This document shows, piece by piece, positions 50,633 to 60,932 of a stretch of DNA of 64,000 bases. The stretch lies in contig JAIVFI010000013.1 of the NCBI GenBank assembly GCA_025558095.1, positions 186,001 through 250,000 of the forward strand, written 5' to 3'. The translations under genes were made by a program, and so were the position numbers. The notes below the pieces were generated by a model. It ran no database searches, had not been told where the DNA came from, and was given only the letters and a program-made list of their open reading frames with translations. This DNA is from Hyaloraphidium curvatum SAG 235-1. Lineage: Eukaryota; Fungi; Monoblepharomycota. The stretch's first letter is position 1. Each line of letters starts with the position of its first letter.

Positions 50633-51632
50633 CTATGCCTCTTTGGGTTCGACGTGCTGGTGAAGCTGCAAAACAGGAATGAGCTTCGTAACGCGGCTCC
50701 GCGGCATGCAACCCACCGCTTTCGACATGCTCAACCACCCGTTGACGGTTTTGAAGAGTGGGTGCTCCGTTTTCCTGGGCGGATCGTCGTGCCCCCACAC
50801 TGCGATCCGGTCGAAGCGAGCGACGGCGCGCAGCTGCCTCTCGGGCTCCGAGGCCTGGTCCATTTCGTCGTCGTCGTCTGCGTGCCGGGCGTGGTCTACG
50901 CGGAAGACGGTCTCCATTTTGCACCCTTGCCGCGAAAGGTGGAATGAAGGTGAAATGACGAATTGCGATCTGTAGACGATCGGCTCACCGATGTACCCCT
51001 CCGGCAGGACCAAGGTGCGAGCCTTCAGTTTCCGCCCGCGGAACGAGGTTTCCAGGATGGTGGAAGGGTCAAAGCCTACAGATGGTTAATCAGGGAAGGT
51101 TCAGGCCAATTCTCATGGAGCACGCACTCGAAGGGTTCAAATCCGCGACGGCGGTGGCCATTGCCTCGTTTCGAGCTGCAGAAGCACCATTCGGGCGTGC
51201 CACTTGCCCTGCATCCCCCGAGGCCGCCGCCTCGGCCCTGTCCATCTTGGGACTCCCGCCCCCGACCGATATGTAGCCCGAATCCTGCGTCTCTTCCCCT
51301 CCGGCGGCCCCTTTCGGCAAAGCAGCGTCCTTTTCCGGCGCATTGTCCGTTTTTCCGCCCTCGGCGGCGGGTTCGGGCTCCCCCGCGCCGTCCACCGTGT
51401 CCTGTGTGTCCGCATCCCCGCGCGTCTCCGCAGCCCCCGCGGCCGCTTCGGAGCTCCGAGTCGTTTTTCGAGATCTCGGAACGTCCGTGCGGTCGGCAGG
51501 AATGCCGTGTTCGGGGGCTACGACGAAGTAGGTCGACACCTTCGCCGCGCCGTCATGTTCGACCGTGCAGGGGAGCAGGTGCACGGGCAGCGCGGGCGCA
51601 GAGGCGATGGAACGCGTGGCAATCGACGCCAT
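50633..51632 (-). CDS. RNH203: Ribonuclease H2 subunit C with a long disordered insertion
   Basis: VHLLPCTVEHDGAAKVSTYF, SFRGRKLK..LVLPEGYIG, ARFDRIAVWGHD, WLSMSKA/LH. Confidence 0.88.
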
Positions 51633-51797
51633 TCCGGCGTTTCAAATGGCTCTGAAGCCGGAGGCACGGGAGCCGGAATTTGGGTGGTCGCTCCTCCAGC
51701 GCCTAGCTCCTCCTCATCACAATCTCTTTATCGCTCTCGATGTGACCTTCTTCCGACACAGGTGCGCAAATAGCAAGCACGTACATAGCATAACCTA

Positions 51798-51937
51798 TCA
51801 CGAATGCCAGACGGCGCCAAAGACCGGGATCCCCGCGCCCGTGAAAGCCCCCCGCAGCTTTGACCACGGTCACGAATCCCAGACGGCGCCAAAGGCCGGG
51901 ATCCCCGCATCCATGCACGCCCTCCGCAGCTCCACGG
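51798..51937 (-). repeat. Diverged tandem duplication of the last approximately 68 nt of the TmpA-like CDS, including its stop codon
   Basis: Copy 1 at 51870-51937 and copy 2 at 51798-51869 share ccgtgg..agctgcgg..gcggggatcccgg.ctttggcgccgtctgg.attcgtga. Confidence 0.92.
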
Positions 51938-54164
51938 TATACTGTTCGTTGGAGACGATGTAGACGGCCTCGGCCTGCACCTTCTTGGCCAGCTCCACGG
52001 GCATGACCACGCCCGGCCGGCCCATCTTCTTGCTGTCCCAGGCAAAGTAGTGGTCCTCCCCGAACTCCTTGACCAGTTCCCTGTCGGGCAGTGAGCATGG
52101 GCTCGGCGTACCGCAAAAGCAAAGCACGCGCACCAATACTTTGGTCCGAAAACCTGTTCGTGCTTGGTTGCGATCCACAGGATCCAAACCTGGCACCAGG
52201 GGTAGTGCGGTTTCCGGTAGCCGATCGAAGCGGCGATCCCGCCCCCCGTTCCCACCAGGAGCACGCGGTTCCAGGCGTAAAGGGTGTACGAGAAGCTGTT
52301 TGTAGAGCCTGTTAGCTGGATCCAAAATCTGGCTGGCTCGGGCAACCCACCCCACGCCGCGACGCCGCACCCAGTGGTACGTCGGCGCGAACCCCGGCCC
52401 CTTGGCGCAGGCATCCAGCAGCTTCGAGGTCCAATCCCCGGCGCGGGTGATGACGAGGTCGAACTCCTTCTTGGCCTCGTCCACGTAGGCGATGCCGAAC
52501 GAGTGCCACTCGTTCAGGTCCGAGGAGATGCGCACGAACCCGTGCGCGGGCATCTTCCTCCCGTACGTGATGACGACGTGGTTCGCCCCCGACATGTAGA
52601 TGTGGTTGATGGGCGCCTTGCGCACCAGCGTCCAGGGGTATATCGCTAGGGCGAGGAGGGTGAAAACGAGGTAGGTGTTGGCGACGTTCCAGTTGCCGTT
52701 GTTGACGTAGATGTTGCGGAGGATGATGTGCACGAAGATGAAGGCGAACATGGTGAACCGCGTGTAGCGGTGGTTCATCTCGAACAGGTCGTGATGCTTG
52801 CGGCGCATCGCCGGGAAGGCCGTGCAGATGATCAGGGTCATGGTGATGGGCAGCGGGACCGCCGTGAAGGTGATGAACCACGGGTAGGACACCGTGTCCC
52901 ACAGCCACTGGGGCAGGATGATCTCGTTGAGGACGTACACCCAGACCCAGTAGTAGCACCACAGGTTCGCGGCCACGTGCAGCCCGCCGATGCAGTGGAG
53001 CATCCGGAGGATGTGGTAGCGTCCGAACCTCGGGCAGTAGGGCGAGATGTAGTGCAGCGTGGCGATCAGGTCGGTGTCGCGGCAGAGCGAGCCCACGAGG
53101 ATGTTGACGAGGGCAAAGGTGGAGGCGCTGACCCTCGCCAGCGGGATCCAGTAGATGCAGTTGAAGACGATGTTGGTGATGGAATGGATGATCCACCACA
53201 CGTGGTGGTGGGTGATGTCGTCCCTCCAGTTCCATTCTTTGACCTGGCGCCCGCGCTTGTTGGCCTCGATCTTGACCTCCTCCGGCACGATGGCGTTCGG
53301 GGCGACGACGGGTCCCGCGAGCTTCACCGACTGTTCGTTGGCCGAGTGCTTTTTCGGTTTGTAGGAAGCGGGTTTGCCGGCCAGGAGGGAGGCGGTGACG
53401 CTCTGGGCGTTCGAGCCGTTCGTATCCGCCCGCGCCCCGTTTGGACCATCTCGCGCCGGAACCGTCCGCGACATGAGACCATTGGGAAGTTTGGACAACG
53501 TTGCCTGGAACGAGGGGCCGGCGCGGTGAGCAAACGGTTGACGCTGACGATCCCCTGTCAGCGTACCCTGATCTCGTCATCCGACATTGACGGCGACGCC
53601 GGCACGTCCAAAGATACGTCATAAGATGGCAGCCTGGGCATCGAGGCTGCTTGTCGCCTGTAAACGATCTGCGCGAGCGCAGCATTAGGGGAGCCCCGTT
53701 GCGGCCGATCCTTGTGCGCTTGTGCGTCCCACCGTCCTCATGATCCTCCTCGTGACGTCGTCGACGTCCTCCCGCTCCCTGTACCCGTCCTCCGAATCCA
53801 CCTCCCATTCCGAGTCCGAGTCCTCGTCCCTGGCGGGGAAGTCCTCCGCAGCGAGCGTGAGCCCGGCAAAGAAAATGGATCCCGGCGTGTTTGGGCTCCG
53901 CGGCGATCCGGGAGCGTCCCCGCTGCCGGAGGCGCCAACCGCCGGCTGGATCGGCTGCTGTTCGTCCGTCCCTTTGCGGGTAAAGGCACCGGCCCGGCTC
54001 AAGGCGCCCAACGGGGGCGGACGCCGCGGGGTCGATGCCGTTGCACCGGGGGCGGAATCCGGACCGTCTGTGCCCGCGGCAGGCATCGAGACGAGCTCCA
54101 CGGCGTCCGCGGCCTGCGAAGCCGCATTCCCGCGGGGCACGCCGGGTTCGCCGGCCGTCTCCAT
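51870..54164 (-). CDS. TmpA/TmpL-like membrane flavo-haemoprotein (ferric-reductase-like TM domain plus FAD/NAD(P)-binding domain) with disordered N-terminus
   Basis: HCIGGLHVAA, RRKHHDLFEMNHRY, FVHII, RIS..LNEWHSF, RAGDWT, VLLVGTGGGI, WDSKKMGRP, EAVYIVSN..GIPAFGAVWDS*; upstream exons join ATG 54164 through canonical introns. Confidence 0.85.
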
Positions 54165-54292
54165 CGCGGAGGCGTGCGGTGCGCCGATCGCTGTGAGGGT
54201 GAGCGGCGGCGGACGCGCGGCGCAGCCGTCAACACCGACTGTCCGTCAACTTCTCCCCGAGCGGAAGGGGCCGTGCCGTGCATCTGCCCGCA
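54165..54292. promoter_or_regulatory. Probable bidirectional promoter shared by the TmpA-like gene and the peroxidase-DOMON-b561-b5-reductase gene
   Basis: Only 128 bp separate the two predicted divergent ATGs (54164 and 54293). Confidence 0.55.
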
Positions 54293-57200
54293 ATGGCACG
54301 GAACGGCGATCGCGGGGCGTCGCCGGCGGGATCCACGCGCGGCGGCGGCGGGGCGGGCGGGTGTCTCCACCCCCGCGGCCTGGCCCCGATCGTCGGTCTC
54401 CTGCTCGTGGCGGCCGCGCTGGTGCCTCCCTCGGCGGCACAGCGGGAGTGGCGGTCGGTCGACGGCTCCGGAAACAACCTCGCGAACAGGCTGTGGGGCG
54501 CAGTCAACGGCAACTACACCCGCGTCCGCGGCGAGCGGGGTTTCGGCGCCGTGATCCCCGAGTACGCAGACGGCATATCCGCGCCGTACCCGGAGGCCAT
54601 ACAGTTCAACGCATCGTCCAACACCTCGTACTTTGTGGCCGACCCGGACGGCTCGGGGAGCATCGTGCTGCCCACCCCGCGGTTCGTCTCCAACAGCCTG
54701 CTCAAGTGGGGCGCAAACACGTCGCTGGCGGCCCGCAACATCGAAAGCGGCGATGACCCCTCCAACACGGCGCGGCAGCTCTCGGAGATGGTCACGTACT
54801 GGGGCCACTACATTTCGAACGACATCTCCAAAGGATATCCCACGGGAGACGCGAGGCCGATAGCCATCCCCCGCTGCGACGACATGTTTGACCCCTTCTG
54901 CACGGGCACCGCCACGAGCTTGGCCTTCCGGCGCTTCGCGGCGTACAACTCCTCCGACGCCACAGCGCCCCGGATGGCACTGAACAGCATATCCTCGTTT
55001 CTGGACAACACCCCGGTGTACGGATACAACGCCGCGGAAGCCGCCGCCCTGCGCGCCAACCGATCAGGCCTGCTCGTTTCCACGTTCCAAAACATGACGG
55101 CCTCGGACGGCACCGTGTACGAGGCCGAGTTCCTGCCGCTCGTGGGCCAGATCAAGGGACCCTTTGCCAGCTACACGCCGCCCCGCCTGGGCATCGGATC
55201 GCCCAACAACCTGTTTGCAATGGGCGCCGCCATGGGCTTCAACGGAGCGCCCATGACCACGGCGCTCACGATGCTCTTCCACCGGGAGCACAACCGCCTG
55301 GCCCGCAAGTTCGTGGCCGAGCACCCGGACTGGGACGACGAGCGGCTGTACCAGACGGCCCGCAACTGGGTCAACGCGTTCGAGCAGCACATCACGTACC
55401 GCGAGTACCTGCCCCTCCTCCACGGATCCAACCTACTGCCCCTCTACTCGGGGTACAAGCCCGACGTGGACCCCTCGGCGCACTGCTTCTACTCATCGGT
55501 CACGCTGCGCTACGGGCATTCGGAGATGACCGACACGATACAGCTGTCCAAGAGCCCGAACAACCCAAGCCCGAAGCAGATGATGGTTCGCCAGGCCATG
55601 TTCCTGCCGCAGTCCATCTTCTTCACCTACGACGTCGGGACCGTGCTCCTCGGGGCCGCCGAAGCGGTGCAGCGCGCGGTGGACCCATACTACTGCGAAA
55701 CGATCCGCAACTACGTCTGGGACATCCCCAGCCGAGGCGGACGCGACATCGGCGCGGTGGACATCGCACGCGCGCGGGAAATGGGATGCTGGAACTACCT
55801 CAACGCGCGCATGGACCTCGGCACGTTCAACGGGACCGCCGAGCAGCTCGTCGCGCGCGGATTCGACGGCATCACATCGGACCCCGAGCTTCGCAAGCGC
55901 ATGGAGGCGACTTACGGCGGCAAGATCGAGCTCGTGGATGCGCTCGTCGGCGGCCTGGCCGAGGACCACGTCAACGGCGGCAGCCTGGGGCCGCTGTTCC
56001 TCGCTTCGTCGGTGCGGCAGTTCACGATGCTCAGGGACGGCGACAGGTTCTGGTACGAGAACACCAACGTGACGGGGTTCACCGACGCGGACCTCGACGA
56101 GATCCGCAACACCTCGCTGCGCACGCTGATCCTCCGCAACACCAACTTGGACGAGTCGGAAGTGCCGCTCAACATCTGGCAGGTCAGCCCGACGGGGGCG
56201 AGCGCCGCCGGCGACAACCCGACCCTCAACGCCAAGTACACCAACTTTGTGCGCCTGACCAACGACTACTCCGTTTACTGGAAGATCTCGGGGAGCAACC
56301 TCGCCGTCGCGCAGCAGCTGGCCGGCGGCGTCGGCTGGGCCGGGCTCGGCTTCACGCCGACGGCGACGTCGCTCATGAACGGCGCGGACTTTGTCATTGC
56401 CCACAAGCCCGATGAAGCCGGCGACTACGAGATCGCCCACCACCGGGCCAGCCCGAAGGGGTTCGACAGGCCCGTGGAGGTGACCGAAGGCGCCGGCGCC
56501 GTCCAGGTCAAGGGCATCAGCTATACTTCGATGGGCGCCGTGGTGTTCGAGTGGGAACGCCCGTTGGACACGGGCGATCCGCGGGACCAGGTCATCAAGA
56601 GGGGCGGCAACTTCATGATCTTTGCCTACGACGCGGCCCGGCCCACCCTGGCCTTCCATGGGGGCAACCGCGGCACCTTCCAGGCCGATCTCTACAGCAC
56701 GAGCTCGAACGCGGTGGTGGTCGGCACCACCACCAGCGTCCAACGCACCTCGCGCACGGTGCACGGGCTCGGCATGATCTTTGTGTTCGGCGCGGTCTAC
56801 CCCACCGCCATCTACATCGCCCGCTTCGCGCGGCACACCGATTACTGGCTCGACTTCCACACCAAGGCGCAGTCGATCGGCGGCGTCTCGTTCGTCGCGC
56901 TGGCCTCGGCCGCCGCCGCCACGGTCAACGTCATCGGCGGCACCGCGCACGCCATCGTCGGCATCACCATCTTCTCGATCGTGTGCTTCCAGATCATCCT
57001 CGGTTTCGCCGCCCTCCTCGGCCTGTCGACGCTGTTCAAGGGCCACATCGCGTTCAAGTACATGCACCGCTTCTTCGGCTACGCCATCATCGTCCTGGGC
57101 TGGGTCAACATCCATTTGGGGATGAACCTGCAGTGGCCCGACACCGCCTGGATCGGCGACATCGTCGTCGGCGTCTGGCAGGCCCTCTTTGCCACCCTGT

Positions 57201-58767
57201 TCTTCCTCACCGAACTGGGATGGTACGGCCTGATCGCCTTCCCCATGCCCGACGAGTGGATCAGCCCGCTCGTGGAGAAAGGCAAGCGCTGGTTCATGCG
57301 GACCTTCCGCGGGGCCGACGCGTCCGACGGCGAGGAGCTCCTCGCAAAGGAGCAGGAGGACGAGTTTTTGAACGTGTACACCTGGGACGACATCAACCTG
57401 CGGGTGACGCAGGGCGACCAGTGGCTGGTGATCGAGGACAAGGTGTACGACGTGTCGGACTGGATGGCCACGCATCCGGGGGGGAAGCCGGCGATCGAGA
57501 AGATGATCGGGATGGATGCCACCTTCGTGAGTTGACTGCTGCAATTTGGTTGGTTTCGGTTCCGCCCGGCTGACCTCGCTGTGCCCCCCTCACAGGAGTT
57601 CTACGGAGGTTACCCGCCCATGACGGGCATCCAGTCCGTCGGCACGGACCTCAACACCACGGTCACCCGCACGGGCTACGAGCTCAACAACACCGGCAAC
57701 ACAGGCAACACCGGCACGCGCCGGCGCCGCACCAAGCGGGATGAAGCCTCGGCACCCGCTCCCCAGCTGGGCGCCGGCATCATGCACGACCACAGCTTCT
57801 TTGCGCACAACAAGTTGCGCTCGCTGCTCGTCGGGCGCCTGGCCTCGGGGAGCAAGTCCGGCAAGGCCGCGGCCCCGGCGGAGGAGGCCGAGGCGGACCA
57901 CCTCAAGCAGGAGTTCCGGCGGTTCGCGCTGACCCACGTGACCAACGTCAGCGAGGCGCTGCATCCGGGCAACGGGCCGGAGGACGAACGGCCGTCGCGG
58001 AGGTTCCAGTTCGTGCCCGTGGTGGTCCGGCCCGAAGATCCGGACGAGTTTCTGCCGGGGGAGTACGTCGAGGTGCGGGCGAGGATCAAGAAGAACAGGA
58101 TCGTCGTCAGGTGCGTGGTGCTGTTATTACAGGGTGCGTCGGCTCGGCGGCTGACGTGTTGCGCGCTGCGCCCGACAGGCAGTACACGCCCATCAGCGGC
58201 TCGCTCAAGGCGGGCTTCGAGATTTCGGTCAAGATCTACCCCCGCGGCATGTTCACCTCGTGGCTGGACCGCAACGCCGTCCCCGGCAAGCTGACGATCG
58301 AGGTCCGCGGCCCGCTGGGGGCGCCGATCCTCTGCCCCGCCCGCGACGACGGCTGCTGGGACCGCGTGCTGCTGATAGCCGGCGGCAGCGGGGTGACCCC
58401 GTGCCTGCAGCTGATCCAGCACACGATCGCGCGGGCGGGCTCGCGCGCGGGCGGCAAGGTGCAGCCCACGCTGCACCTGATCTACGTCAACCGGACCGAG
58501 CGCGAGGTGCTCGAGTACCCGTACCTCGACTTTTTGGCGGAGCAGCACCCCGATATGCTCGAGGTGCAGTACGAGTACGGGACGCTGGAGCCCTCCTCGC
58601 TGCTGCTGGGCCTGGGCTACCTCAACGAGCCGCCGGTGGACGGCCTGGAGCGAAGGATCTTTGTGTGCGGGCCGCCCAACTTCGAGGACTTTGTGCGGCG
58701 GTCGCTGCAGGTGATGAGCGTCAAGGACGACATGATCGGCTCGATCGGCATCAGGGACGCTGCGTGA
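54293..58767 (+). CDS. Multidomain membrane oxidoreductase: signal peptide, animal-type haem-peroxidase-like domain, DOMON, cytochrome b561, cytochrome b5, FAD/NAD(P)H reductase (exons 54293-57526, 57596-58110, 58179-58767)
   Basis: WRSVDGSGNN, LPTPRFVSN, FHREHNRLA, RYGHS, QFTMLRDGDRFWYEN; GWAGLGF..MNGAD..AFHG; VHG / FHT / AHA / MHR; VYDVSDW..HPGG..HS; RQYTP, VKIYPRGMFT, RGPLG, IAGGSGVTP, CGPP. Confidence 0.92.
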
Positions 58768-59088
58768 GGCGGCTTGGTGGCGGGCGTGGGGGACGAGTGG
58801 GGCGGACGCGCCGCGCGGCGCCGGGAGGGCGGGGAACGTATCTGCTGGATATTTGCTGTTTATTTCCGTTCATAAAACTGTGTCTTTGCCGTACATTGCC
58901 GGGGGTTCCCCGAGGGGGACGTGTGGAGACCCGGCCCGGGTCCAGACCGAAGTCGCGCAAGCGTGCTGGCCGCCGCGGCCCCAACATCAGTGGATTTTTC
59001 CCAACGCTCGCTTTCGCCTCTAAAGCCCCGAATCCGGCGCTCCGACGCCGCCCGATGACCATCTTTTGTGTGCCCTAGCCTCCCCGCG

Positions 59089-60698
59089 ATGCTGAGCGCG
59101 GCCGACGAGCTGCGGTCCGCGTGCGGGTCGCCGACGGCGTTTGCCGAGCTGCTTGTGGACGCGGCGGGTTCTCCGGTGCCGGCGCCCCCCCTCGCCCCGC
59201 CGGTCGACTACCTTTCGCACGACTTCGAGTTGGACGAGCTCGTTGCGGCGCGGCGGGCGCTCGCGCGGTGGCTGCGCGGCGGCGACGACGCGGCGCGCCG
59301 CGACTACGAGCAGCGCGCGCGGCTCGAGAACGCGCTGTGGCGCGCGTGGGCGATCCGCGCAAACGGCCTGCAGCGCGCTGACCCGCGTGACCTGAACTGG
59401 TGCGTGGCCATCGGGTGTGCCCCTTATCTGGTCTGACCTCCTCCCGTGACCTCTTAACTCCCCTAACTGCCGCCCAACCACCACCCCGGAAATGCTATCA
59501 ATCTGCTATTTAACTGGTTGACAGGCACAAGGACGCCGACACCGGCTTCCTGTACGGCCCGATGCCCGCCGGCGCGGTGCGGCCGCCCTCGCCGGCGATC
59601 GCCCGCCCGCCGCGCGCCGCGCCGCCCGCCCACGCCCCGCGCTCGAAGCAGCGCGACGCGGCGTTCCTGATGCACCGCCGCCGCACGTCGTCGGCGCCCG
59701 CGACCGTCTTCCCGCCGCGCGCGCACCACCGCGCGCGCACGCAGCCCGCGCCGCTCGCGCCGATCCTCAAGCCGCACACGCCGCCCACGCTGTGGGACCT
59801 GCTGGTCAGCAGCGTGGCCGCAGGCGACGCTGAGACGCGCGAGCAGGTCGTGCGGCTGGTCGCTCGCGACCCGCCGCCGCGGCAGCGCCTCGACAGGCGG
59901 CCGTGGCGCATGGCAGAGGGCGAGAAGCTGCGCTGCGACTCGGGCACCGTGCTGTCGGACGGCTCGGACCAATCGGACGCTGAGGGCAACGGGTCCGCCG
60001 TCGCGCTGGCCGCGGAGCGCCCGACTCTCATCCACCCGATCCCGCGCCTCAACCTCCTCATCGACCTCTCGCCGCCGCCCGACGTGCCCGTGACCCTCGA
60101 CACCCCGACGCGGACGCTGTCGCGCGCGGGCAGGAAGCGCGTGGGCTTCCACGAGGAGGTCGAGCAGGCCGTGATCGTGGACGACGAGAGCGACGTGGAC
60201 GGGGACGAGTTCGAGCTCGAGCTCGACGCCGACGGCTTCGACTTCGACGGCTTCGGCGCCTCGGACCCACCGCCCCGCCCGCGCGGCAAGCGCTCCCCGG
60301 ACCCGCACGGCGCGCCCGGGCCCGCGCGCAACGAACGCTCCCGCATCCCCTCGGTCGCCTCCATCGCCTCCTTCCTCCTACCCGGCGACAGGCGCAGCGA
60401 GCCGCCGGACCAGGAACCCCCCGAGCCGCCCGCGCGCTCACCCAAGCCCATGACCCGACGCATCCCCTCGGCCAGGCTGTCGTCCGCGGACATCGAGCCC
60501 CCGCCCGAGCCGACCCCGAAGGAGGCGCCGCGCAAGTCCATGGCGGCCAGCCTCGTCTCGCGGGCGGCGGTGATCCCGGGGAGGGAGACGTTCGACCGCG
60601 CCGTGGACAGGGGCATCGACCTGTGGGAGAACGCAAAGGAGCTGGCGGCCTGGGTGGGAATCGTGGTCGTCGCGGGCGCGTTCGCGAGGGTGTCTTGA
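59089..60698 (+). CDS. Second Reg1-like PP1 regulatory protein (DUF1752 plus RVxF)
   Basis: PVDYLSHDFELDEL..RARLENALWRAW..DPRDLNW/HKDADTGFLYGP; LAPILK; RKRVGFHEEVEQAVIV. Confidence 0.82.
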
Positions 60699-60932
60699 GG
60701 CGACGACGATGCGATGAAGAGACGACGAGGACGCGACGAAGTCGACGAGACGAGAGACGATTCCCGTTTTGCTTCGCTTTGAGCGGTATACCGTGCTGGA
60801 TCTGCCGATTTCGAACATAGCTGATTTTGTGCGCACACCCGCTTTATTCGTCCACCGCATCCGTCCTCCGCGGTACAAGAAAACACCGCCACCGTGCTCC
60901 AGCCCCTCCATGCGCAATCCGTGTGCAAGCAG

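Noticed and set aside
51690-51872. Selenocysteine recoding of the TmpA-like TGA (some early-diverging fungi use Sec)
   Set aside because: The TGA follows the family's usual WDS terminus, is not at a Cys position, and I see no convincing SECIS downstream; no other gene here has an in-frame TGA
54293-58767. Calling the fusion a true DUOX/NOX
   Set aside because: It has no EF-hands or gp91-type ferric-reductase TM domain; the membrane part is DOMON-b561 and the reductase is b5/b5-reductase type
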